Shown piece by piece: positions 46,994-64,000 of a stretch of DNA of 64,000 bases. The translations under genes were made by a program, and so were the position numbers. Source of the DNA: the human T2T-CHM13v2.0 reference genome, Homo sapiens; the NCBI RefSeq assembly GCF_009914755.1, contig NC_060941.1; one strand, written 5' to 3'. The notes below the pieces were generated by a model. The model saw only the letters and a list, made by a program, of their open reading frames with translations. It made no database searches and was not told the DNA's origin. The first letter of the stretch is position 1. Every line of letters begins with the position of its first letter.

Positions 46994-49494
46994 AAGACAT
47001 TAAAGTTCTGAAATCTTGAATAACTCTAATTCACATATCATTCCCCAAATGTATTGGACCCTAAAATTCTTTCCTCTCATTAAACCTATTAATAATTTAC
47101 ATAATGAATGGCCCATGGATTATGCCTTGGGAGGCATTGATATAGTAGCACAACCTGAGATCGTATTCTATTTCTTAGCGTCGAAATTACCCCACAGTTA
47201 ACAATGAGCCTTCTATTAACCAAAGCCCCATCTTTTCCACACATACTGCTTGTCTGTTCCCTCTGGAAATTAGAAATATTCAAATTTTGTATTTAGGTAT
47301 GCTATGTTGTCCTCATACTCACCTTGTTTGGTTTAGCTCCGTATTTTTTTCCTGGTAAGATCTTGACTCTACCTCTGAAGATATCTGCAGTCCATCCCAA
47401 CCTATGTGACAGCCTTTTGAATGTTTAGACAGCATTTTAAGTCACTTATTTTATTCTGCTTTTTACTAAGCCAGCTGTCCTAAATTCTCCCACTTCTCTC
47501 AGCATTGTTATTGGGGCCTGATGTTTGAGACCCTCATGTTAGATGCCCTTCTCTGAGCATCATAGAGTTACCCAATTCAGGTATTCATTGTTGGCCTGGC
47601 AAATTAGTCTTCATGGTCTTTACAAGTCGGTCTGAGCTAGCACTTCAGAGTAATAACACTTGAACTTTCAAATAGAGTTCCATGTGTGGGTCTGTGTATG
47701 AAGAGCACTGCCTTTTGATCACAGACCCAGATATATGAATATTGCCATTATCCTTCCCCAACAACATTTGAAATGCCAGCCTGAAGCACCCTTGGTCACA
47801 CCACATCTTGGTATTGGTATCAAGGAAAAGTTGCCAGATTTTCACCAACAAAGCAATAAAATCCTGTTTCCACTATTCAAAGCTTAAGCTTCTCTGATTC
47901 ATGGCCCTGTGTGATTTGGCATCACTATTAAGGAATCTTTGATTCACTGAGTTGGTTGATTTTCTCTCTGCCTTCTACACAGCATGGCTCTGATCATAAA
48001 ATCACAGACTTGTTTTGTTCCTCAAAGAGTCTTTGTAAACCAGCCTTTTCAAAACTGCACTTTAGTTCCTCCTCCGCTAGATGGTTTTTGTCAATTGACT
48101 AATATGAGAACTGATTCCCAGGACATTAGCCCATTCTCAAACAGGGTAAATGTCTTCCCACATTACATCCTCCATCCTCATGTGTTTTCCTAATAGCAAG
48201 AATAGTCCTCCTGCACTGCGTTTACATCTTATCCAAATGTCTGAGCATTTTTGTTATTGTCTGGCAAAGCCAGAATAGTTTAAAAGTTTTCTGTAGTTTT
48301 TGAAATCACCTTCAAAATCTAATAACTTTTTTATTTTTAACTCTTTCCAGTCCTTTCTTCTTACACCCAGGCAGCAGCCCTGGTTTCTCTATAGATGTTA
48401 CTGTCTTCCTCACTTTCCCTATATTAGGTTTGGTGAATCTCATCCCATAGGTTACAAGGCTTACCCTGCAGTGACTTATGCCCTGGGACGTGTCCCTGCT
48501 GATAAATAACACACTGGTTACCTCTTTCCCAGGTAGGTCTTCCAGTCTGAACTTTAGGAGGAAAAAACGACAGGTGCGGACAACTGCTCATGCTGGCATA
48601 ACTTCCTATTTGTGTCTTAGAAAGCCTATTCTTTCTCGGACTTTTCTCCTCGACAACCTTTCCTCTATCTCAAGTCTCAGGTATTTGGGTTTTGACAGGC
48701 AAGTAGTTCCTTTTTGTCTCCACTAACATGAAAGTTAAAAAATTGGTCTTCTCTTCAGTACTTAGAGATATATTGGTGAAGAGACGCAGACTCCTTATCC
48801 TTCAAATGAATTGAGTTATACTATACTATAACCAGCCCGTATTTATTCAACATGGTAACATTTCTCCTATGGGTGAGATTTGACACACAGCCCGAAAGTG
48901 TTGTAAGTAGGGAGTTCTACCATAAATGCGTTAAGATTACCATAAATAAACCAGTCACCTGAGGGTGGCTAGTAGCGCATTCTTCAGAAACCAAGCCCTC
49001 TGGACTGAACCTATGAATTCAGGGCTGGCAACATACTTGTGTAATCTCACAGGAAAAGATGTTGGATGGCTTTGCTGCAGATTGAGGACCTAGATCTGTT
49101 GGAATGTACATGCAGAAAGTGAGGCGATTGGGCCACGATCCCCTTCATTCAATACTGGTGAAAGAGCCCCCACTTAGAGAAATCCACCCATCCATCCCCA
49201 TCCATTCTTCTCACAGAAGCACTCTCTTACCGTGCTTGTGAGGAGGCCCCATCCCACCTCCCACTTCCCATCCTCAGTCCTTAAGGAATAACAAACATCA
49301 CCTGAGACTTCATGGAGCTGGTAGATGGATGTTAAGCATCCACTTAAAAGGGCTTCTCAAGAGAAGGGCATGTTGGAAGTAGCACTGATGCCTAATTTCC
49401 AGGGAATGTGCAGAGCAAATCAGGTGTCTCTGCTCTGTGGAACCAGCCCCAGAAGTCAATAATGAGGGCCCTTATTCCTGTGTCTCATCACCAG

Positions 49495-49691
49495 GATATT
49501 GAAGACCCTGTGGAGCAGACCCAAAGCCCGAACCTGTATTGTCACTTTGCAAATGGTATTGGGGAGCCCAAATACATGCCTGTACAGTCTTGGGAACTTT
49601 TGACCCAGACTCTGGTGGAGGCCTTGGAGAACCACAATGAAGTCAACACAGTGATGGACCTAGTTCTCTTTGAGGATGCCATGCGCCATGT
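49495..49691 (+). CDS. DNAH9: DNAH9 coding exon K (197 nt) DIEDPVEQTQSPNLYCHFANG...MDLVLFEDAMRH
   Basis: caccag|GAT acceptor, TGT|gtaagt donor; phase 0 to 2. Confidence 0.94.
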
Positions 49692-49840
49692 GTAAGTGTG
49701 CTTCTCCTCTTCCTTTTCCTCAGTTGCTTCCTCTTCCCAATGACAGGGGTCTCATTCGGCTATTTGAGGTCACTTCCGTAAAGCCAGGTAAGGAGCTCCG
49801 GCTTCTGCCTTAAAAGTCAAGATGGCTGCTGGCAGAGCAG

Positions 49841-49874
49841 CTGCAGCTCCTGCCGCAGACCCTAGGGGGCAGCA
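49841..49874 (+). promoter_or_regulatory. Candidate bipartite CTCF site (upstream motif + core)
   Basis: CTGCAGCTCC-N5-CAGACCCTAGGGGGCAGCA. Confidence 0.65.
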
Positions 49875-50049
49875 CAGTGCGGAGCTCAGGCAGGAATGGG
49901 TTCATTTCCAGGTCCGCCATTTGCTATCCCGGGCATAATCACAGTGACAGCAAGAACAGACTTGAGATCATAAAATGGGACCCAGAACAGCTCAGGACCT
50001 CCATCACCACCTTGTTATTAGTCCAAGGGCCATTTAAAAAAATGAGATA

Positions 50050-50443
<394 letters not shown>

Positions 50444-50639
50444 CTAGTGAATCACTGAAAGTAATAACCAAGCCTCCAAGACAGTCTAGCCTCACACCAA
50501 CACCATCCCTACCCTGCTTCTTACATTTCCCAATCTGAGACCCATTGCCAGCGCTCACTGCCCTCCAAAATCCTTCTGCCTTCCCCCAGGGTACTCACGG
50601 TCTTAGCAACAATATCTGCTTCATTTCAACTTCTTTGAA

Positions 50640-52650
<2,011 letters not shown>

Positions 52651-53266
52651 CAATGATTAACCTCTGTCTGTTTGCATCATCCACTCATCCAACATATATT
52701 TATTGATTAGATGATCTTAGGATAAGTGCCGGGATCCTAACCTCTAGGACACTGTGTGGAACCTAGCAGGTGCTCAGTAAAACTGCTTAGCATATTATAT
52801 GAGACTAAATCATGCAGAGGAAAACAGAGAGGGAAGGGGAGTAGAGAGGACTGAGGGTGATCCTAATTATAACTAGGGTCATCAGGAAGGCCTCCCTGAG
52901 AGGGTAGCATTTAAAACGACATGTAGCTCAACATAGAACTCTCTATGTGCCTTGTGCATAGTGCTTTGCATATATCATTGCATTTAGTTTTCACAAAAAC
53001 CCTGAAGAAGTAAAGTTTTGTTATTGTCTCTATATTATAAATGAGGAAACTGAGACTGAGAGGAGAGAAGTTGCCTAAGGTCACACTCCTCATAAATAGG
53101 TAGAACTTGCAATAGTGCAATCTGGCTCCAGAGTCTGTGCTCTATACCATCATCCTATGAAGCTTCTTCAAATATTTTTTTGTATCCCCCTAATCTGATG
53201 TGAGCTCCTTGAGCACACAGACTGTCTTGCTCACTGCTGAAACCTTAGTATCTTAGACAATGCCTA

Positions 53267-53706
<440 letters not shown>

Positions 53707-54247
53707 TTAAGGGCGAATTTAATTTGAAAAAATTGTAAGTGATTCCATCAATGTGGCTTCCAACATGGGTGATCAAACTAATATTGTTTTTAGAAAAAAA
53801 AAATAATAAGTACTGGCTACAAACACTGGCTTTCTTCCATAGGCTTATAAACAAACTCTGAAGTTAGTATCCAAAGAGAAGCCTGAGCCTCATTTAGCAA
53901 TGGCAAAATAACTGGGAAAATGAACTGCCTGGAAGGGGACAATTCTGAAGAATAAAATGTATTTAGTTGTATAATTTCCCATACATTTGTTTAAAGACAT
54001 CAACCACCCGTTACTTTATCCTCGCTCTGCCATTCCCTCCCTTCCCTGGGGCTCATGGACCTCTCGTTGCTGCCTCTACCAACCAATAAAGCAGAAGGAT
54101 TCCCCTTCTTAGATCAGAAAAAGGATACCAGGCAGTAAAGGGAGAAACACAGATAACCTAAGAGTGTGGGAAGACTCTATGGCCTCACATCGCTACACAC
54201 ACAGCACTCCAGAAAGGTACCACCTTCTGAGACGCAAAGTGGGAGTA

Positions 54248-54567
54248 GGGTGGGCACGGTGGCTCACACCTGTAATCCCAGCACTTTGGGAGACCAAGGC
54301 GGGATGGATCACCTGAGTTCAGGAGTTCGAGACTAGCCTGGCCAACACGGTGAAACCCCATCTCTACTAAAAATACCAAAAAACTTAGCCAGGCATGGTG
54401 GCGGACACCTGTAATCCCAGCTACTCAGGAGGCTGAAGCAGGAGAATCACTTGAACCCAGGAGGTGGAAGTTGCAGGGAGCCAAGATCGTGCCGCTGCAT
54501 TCCAGCCTGAGCAACAAGAGTGAAACTCCATCTCAAGAAAACACACAGACAAAAAAAAAAAAAAAAA
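54248..54567 (+). mobile_element. AluS
   Basis: TSD aaagtgggagtagg. Confidence 0.9.
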
Positions 54568-55283
54568 GTGGGAGTAGGACAGAGCAGACGAGGAAGGAGA
54601 CTGTGTGTGTGCCCTCCCAGGAACTCACAGGTCCAGGGATCCAAGGCGAGAACCTATTTTTATAATAACTCCATCCAGCTGTTTGTTCTCACCACTCGAG
54701 CTCGCATCATCTTTCTTTTTAGTTAGAGTCCCCTACACCCTTCCCCAGCTTTGCTGCTCTCCCTTTCTGCAGCTTTGATGCTGAACTCAGTAACAGAGCA
54801 CTGTGTAGTGGTTATGGACAAAAACCAAACCAAAGTTCAAATCCTTGTTCTGCCACAAATTGGTTGGGATGCTTTGGGAAGGATGCTTAACCCCCAAGCC
54901 TAAATATCCTCACCTGGGAAATTAGGATATTAAGAATGCCTGCATCGTAGGGTTGTTGCTATCTATGCAAAGTGCTTTGCAGTCAGTAAATATGAAAGTC
55001 TTTTTTCTTTGTGCTATTGCCTTATTTCCTTAGTAGTACCACTTTTCTACTGACTTTCGTCACCACTTCAGCAGATTCTTGTTCTGCTTTTTCTTCAAGC
55101 TTTAAACCAGATCTTTTCCCCCGCTTTTGGCATCATCTCCATTCATCTTTTTCTGTCTCTTTGTTTTTCACTCCCACATATATTTTCTTCTCTTAGAATC
55201 ACTTAGCAATCATTAACAACAACAACGACAAACCCTCAGATGTACTTCTTTTGTGCCCTGAGAATCTTACCCATTCTCTAGGG

Positions 55284-55330
55284 GTGTGTGTGTGTGTGTG
55301 TGTGTGCGCTCGCACACACGCACATGCGTG
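55284..55330. repeat. (TG)n / alternating purine-pyrimidine tract
   Basis: Direct read. Confidence 0.9.
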
Positions 55331-56059
55331 TCTAGTCCAATAAATCAACTTCCTCCAGCTGTGCGATGGTGCATCTTCAGCTTTTGTTTTTAATCTCTCA
55401 GAAATTCAGTAATGGACTTAACTTAGACTGCCTTGGTTTTCTGGCCCAGGAGCACTTTAGAATATTGATCTTCTTTTTAAATTTTGTAATTTAAATGCAG
55501 AGTTCTTTGCCCTCATCAGAGGTTGGTAATGAATCCCCAGCTGGAGTCCGGTGCTGACGGTTGCAGACTTAACCACACTTCTCTGGAAACTTCATCACAA
55601 ACGATGCATTTCCCATTGAGATATTGAATGGCATGGGCCGTGCTAAGCTGAGTTCAGGCCTTCAGAATAGGGCTGGGGGGTTGGGTGACCCAGAGAACCC
55701 AGCTGGACTCCAACTCCTCTGACTCCTCCTCCATGCCTGCCTCTCTCTTTCCTCCACTAATCCTTTCCTGCCCCAACTTTTCTGAATCAGGAGAGAGAGG
55801 CTGGGTATCTTAGCACCATGGCTTCTCCCTTCATCAGGCACCATCTCATGCAGACACAAAGCAGATAACCCCTTGCACCCAGCGTAATGAATCATTGCGT
55901 ACATCACCCCAAATGTGGAGCTCATATAAGGCATGGGTTGTTCTGTTTAAATTTAACAAAAATGTATTAGATACCTTCAATGTGCTGTCACTGCAGAGAA
56001 TACAAAATGAGTATATGTACTCTTCAGACATCTAGAAATTACAGTTTCATAGGAAAGCA

Positions 56060-58760
<2,701 letters not shown>

Positions 58761-59629
58761 GTAGCACCTTGCATAAGGTATATGCATACTGCTGAGAGGG
58801 GTTAGACATACGATTGGAAGCGGATCCTGGAGGAGAGGCTGATGGAGGGTGGCCTTTGAGGAAGGGCTGGAGGGCAGGAAGAGTGGTTTCCTCTGAAGAA
58901 GATGAGGTCTGGAATAGTCTTCCATTGCAAGGAAGGGGGCAAGGAGAGAGGAATATGGGCACTGAGAGCGGTGAGCAGTAAGGCTGTGAAGGGAGGAATC
59001 CAGAAGCCAGGGATGCAGCTGTCTTACCTATTGATAATAAGAACCCACAAACCTTCATTACAGGGTCATCCACGCCCAGGAAGGATTGAAGAAGGGAGAC
59101 AGAAGAGTTCTGTCCGGGCTCCCTGTTTCTCTCCTGCTGACTTTGGTTTGGCTTCTCTTCTTTCCTAAGAGGAACCAACTTCTGCTCCTGCCTTGTCCTC
59201 CAGCCTTTCCTGAATTTTTTAAATTGTGTGTTTTCAACTGTTTCGCTTTTTCCGTCCCCTCTTCTTGCCCAAAAGAATTGAAGTGGGAGGTGTGGCAGGG
59301 TCAGTTATGGTGCGGAGAAGAGCAAAAGCAATCCTGAGTCCCTTCCCTATCGCATCACTCATCCCCTGCAATCCTGCTCCCTTCCATGGGCTCCCCCAGG
59401 CTGTCCCTAGTTCACTAGAGGCTGTGGCTTAAGGCAAAGCAATGGCAGCTTCAGTCAGCTCGGGCAAGAAGGTGAGGCCAGGTTTAGGGACAATCTAATA
59501 AACGTTTCCCACAGCTCAGCCTGTGACGTGCCTCCAAGGAAGGCCCCTGCTCCCACTCAAGCCTTTATACATGCTTCTGACTGCAGAAAGTCTGATCAAA
59601 GCAACATGTGCCTGCTTCCTTCTCTTTAG

Positions 59630-59792
59630 CTGCCATATCAATCGCATCTTGGAGTCCCCGCGGGGAAATGCTCTGCTGGTTGGTGTAGGTGGGAGCGGCA
59701 AGCAGAGCCTGACAAGGCTGGCAGCTTTCATCAGCTCCATGGATGTCTTCCAGATCACACTGCGCAAAGGCTACCAGATCCAGGACTTCAAG
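59630..59792 (+). CDS. DNAH9: DNAH9 coding exon L (163 nt), AAA4 P-loop [15 protein letters not shown]
   Basis: ctttag|C acceptor, AAG|gtaaaa donor; phase 2 to 0. Confidence 0.96.
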
Positions 59793-60617
59793 GTAAAAGG
59801 TCAGGCAGCTGCAGGGAGGAGGCTCAGCTTCCCTCCAACCAGCCACAGTTCCATCATCCTTCACTCGTTCTCCAGTTCCCCTGTCTGGAGCCTCCCCTTC
59901 AATGTCTGTCCATTTCTGTCTTAGGTTCTGGGCTGGTGATGTGAATGACTTCTCATTAGACTCAGCCTGAGAACAGTGGCATTTCCAAAGTCTGCCTTTG
60001 GGAGACCTCAGGCGTCCTAGTTACGTCTGTGGGGCCTCCACTCTTGCTCAAATCAGAAGCACATCTGTATCAAATTCAGCACACAGCTCACTGGCAGTGG
60101 GAGCAGACAGATGGAATTCTGAAGGTCTGCTTGAGTTTCCTAAGAAATTCAGATTTTAAAAGACGGGTCAGTAACCACTGGCCTCTGGGACCTTCAGTGA
60201 CATATCCTGGTTTCAGACAGCCAGCACTTGGAGGCTGGATGAGTACTCTGGAAAGTAAAGAAAGACACTATATACAACCTTCAAAGGTCATTGTGTCCAG
60301 TCCCCTTTGTTTTATCCATGGCCACAACAGTCTTGGTAGGAAGTCACGGTGTAACTTCTATCAGGAGGCTGCTCTTGCTCTTCCTGGAAGAACTCCAGCC
60401 AGCACTGAGCCAGTCCTACCCACTTGCCCTCATAATCTCTCAGCCAGTGACAGAAGAGGGAGGTGCTCACTTCTGCTCTAAAACCACAGCCCAGCCTCTC
60501 GACGACTGGCTGAATCTAAGGTCATACATCAAGTTCGTATTAGGTCTTTCTTTAGTGCTTCCAAAAAAGACATGATAGTGTGATAGGAATTACACATTTA
60601 CAGAATGAGCTGAGACT

Positions 60618-60787
60618 GTGGGTCTCAACTTTTACTCTATATGGGAATCGCTGGGGATCTAGAAAGAATACTGATGCCTGTGTCCCACTCCCCAGTATTC
60701 TGGTTTAACTAGTCTGGGGAATGGCCTGGGCATCACGATTTTTCAAAGCATCCCCAAGATGATTCCAATGAGAACTGAGAGACACTG
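60618..60787. mobile_element. MER5A-like hAT MITE
   Basis: ggtctcaactt...ctgatgcctgtgtcccactccccag...ggcctgggcatc...gatgattcc. Confidence 0.7.
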
Positions 60788-61183
60788 TCTTAGATCACTT
60801 AGAGGATGCGATGAGAACCATTGATCTAAAACAAAAATCAGTATATTTAAAGGGGAGCTATTTGGACACTAAGGTAGCTCTGTGGTAAAGAAATGAGTGG
60901 AGTTGTTAGAAATAGCTGTGAGTAATGTGAGAGAGAGAGAAAGGCAACATCAAGAACTGATGGCTGAGCTTGGGGAGGTTGATACACCAAAGGAACTGAG
61001 ATTGATCAAGCTGGATAAGTTCAGAACTTGGCATCCTAGCCCAAAATGTCATCCATCTGCAGTTTTCAATGGATATAATTTCCTACAGGTGATTGCATTT
61101 GTGTATGTGTGTGTGTGTGTGTTGCCCCAGTATATTTTTTTCAACATAAGTGTTTTGCTGGAGCTAGTCATAAGAACACAAGA

Positions 61184-61505
<322 letters not shown>

Positions 61506-61614
61506 CTAGCATAAGATATATTCATCTGCCATGCTGGTAGCCCCAAGTACCTCACTCTCAGTCAAGACCAAGAGCAATGGCTTGCCTTCAGGAGCAGGTC
61601 ATTCAGTTGTTTGA

Positions 61615-61768
61615 GTCTTACATATAAGTAAGACGTAAGACATACTTACTTATATGTAAGTAAGTCTTCCATATATGTAAGTAAGTCTTCCATATAAGTA
61701 TGTAAGTCTTACATATAAGACTTGCATATAAGTAAGACACTTGTATGAGTCTTATATATGTGTAAGAC
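61615..61768. repeat. Self-complementary low-complexity repeat (GTCTTA / TAAGAC / ATATA units)
   Basis: Nested inverted repeats and a 21-bp tandem duplication. Confidence 0.9.
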
Positions 61769-62145
61769 AGATAAATGGGGGACCACCTTTGGGCTTTGGA
61801 AAGCTGTAACCTCTTTGCACAAAGCAGGAGCTCCAGAAGCTTTACCCTAAAGCCTAATTTCTAAATCAGTGTAAGAGAGGTACAGGAGCTAGCATGGTTG
61901 TATGAATTAGAGGCCATTGCTATGTAATTTCTCTTGCCCACCTTTATTGGCACCAAAGCCTGGGAATGAGGCATAGTTTCCTGCCTGTCAGTGCAAGATA
62001 GCCCTCCCCCAGCTTCCCATTGTCACCTTACTTTAATTCCCATTCAAGCAGAGAAGAAAACGGTTCCATTTCTAAAGAATGGGTTGGAGTTCTCTTTCAA
62101 GGAGGCCTTCTTTTCAGAGATTTCTGATATTGACCATTCCTACAG

Positions 62146-62269
62146 ATGGACCTGGCCAGCCTGTGTCTGAAAGCTGGAGTGAAGAATCTCAACACAGTGT
62201 TTCTCATGACTGATGCCCAAGTGGCTGATGAGAGGTTCCTTGTGCTCATCAATGATCTTTTGGCATCTG
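62146..62269 (+). CDS. DNAH9: DNAH9 coding exon M (124 nt) [41 protein letters not shown]
   Basis: ctacag|ATG acceptor, CTG|gtaaga donor; phase 0 to 1. Confidence 0.94.
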
Positions 62270-62911
62270 GTAAGAGATTCCTTGCACTTGGTGTCACTGA
62301 TAAATTCCCCCTGGAATCAGAGTTATACAAAGGTGAAGATTTCGTCCAGGGTGGGAAGAGTAAGGTCATAGTAATGAGGAAGAAAACTGACACAGCCAAG
62401 GACTGGTTCATTGAGGTCCTTCTCAGCATTGATGCTGGGCCTGCTATCCTGGCTCTTTCATTCTTATTTCATTGCAAAACAGACAGTAATCGTGGAGCTC
62501 TCTTAGTGGGACTAGACCTGATGATGGGAAGAAGAGAGGGTTAAGAGCTTGGTGATGTGCTGTGGAGAGAAGGTGCTGTTCCCTCTCTGTATCCAAATCA
62601 AAGAGAAACTAGAATGTGTGTAGTACTTGAGGAAGCTCAGGCATTGGCAGGAAGATACACAAAAAGAGAGCATGAGCATGCACGCATAAAACTTACACAG
62701 TAGGGCAAGATGAGGTTACCAATGTAATTAACTAGTGATTTACAACCTCATGAGAGCAAAGTGGAAGTTCCACATAGTTTTCCTTGGTCCCCAAAAAACT
62801 TGACAGAGAGTGTGAAGTGGCCTGTGACGCTGTCTGTGCAAGATAGGACTTCAATGGAAAGCTCAATGCTTGCTATTGCTATTTTATTGTCCTTCTTTAT
62901 TTAGGAATTCA

Positions 62912-63238
<327 letters not shown>

Positions 63239-63594
63239 TTATAAAACGAGATAAAGAGGCAGGGAGAAGAGATCAGTATGCTGGATCCCATCCTCTGACC
63301 TATTCTCTTGATGTAAGTTGGGTCTGTCTCCCCAGCTCTCTTATCCAGGGCAGTGGCAGCTCTACCGTAATTACTTTACAAACTCTCATGCCCCCAACCA
63401 GAGATATGGAGGCCATAGGTAACTGATAGTGGAACCTGGTGGTCACATCCCTGCTGTTGACCCAGCATTCAGCTGACTCTTCCTCCTTTCAGTCTCATCA
63501 CTCCAACCTCAGCTGTCCATCACCCCAGAGTGGGTATGACCTGGTTTATCTGTCTTACCCATCATTGCTTTTTATATTTCCTACCTCGTCTCTA

Positions 63595-63999
<405 letters not shown>

Positions 64000-64000
64000 C

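Noticed and set aside
47645-47980. Possible RT-like remnant of another LINE
   Set aside because: Too degenerate to assign by eye
61615-61768. CRISPR-like array
   Set aside because: No constant repeat with unique spacers and no cas genes; eukaryotic intron

Overview
Human/primate genomic DNA from inside an axonemal dynein heavy-chain gene on the + strand, recognised as DNAH9. Thirteen GT-AG coding exons (4756-62269; 2097 nt) splice with consistent phases into one open frame of about 699 codons. They cover the end of AAA2, all of AAA3 and the start of AAA4 of the motor ring (roughly exons 33-45 from memory, not verified). The rest is intron, dense in Alu, L1, L2, L3, MIR, THE1 and MER57 LTRs and hAT DNA transposons; most ORF-track entries are repeat-derived or exon read-through. 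I see no CRISPR array, RNA gene, second protein-coding gene or clearly new biological system. The best leads are: (1) a 56.5-58.2 kb zone built from short locally templated direct and inverted copies; (2) a sense THE1 LTR with a consensus splice donor, back-to-back with a MER57 LTR, a possible internal DNAH9 promoter; (3) a bipartite CTCF site with YY1/ETS motifs and a strong cryptic donor just after an exon; (4) two old L1s with twin-priming-type 5' inversions; (5) a self-complementary 154-bp repeat at 61.6 kb. Repeat boundaries and subfamily names were read by eye and are approximate.
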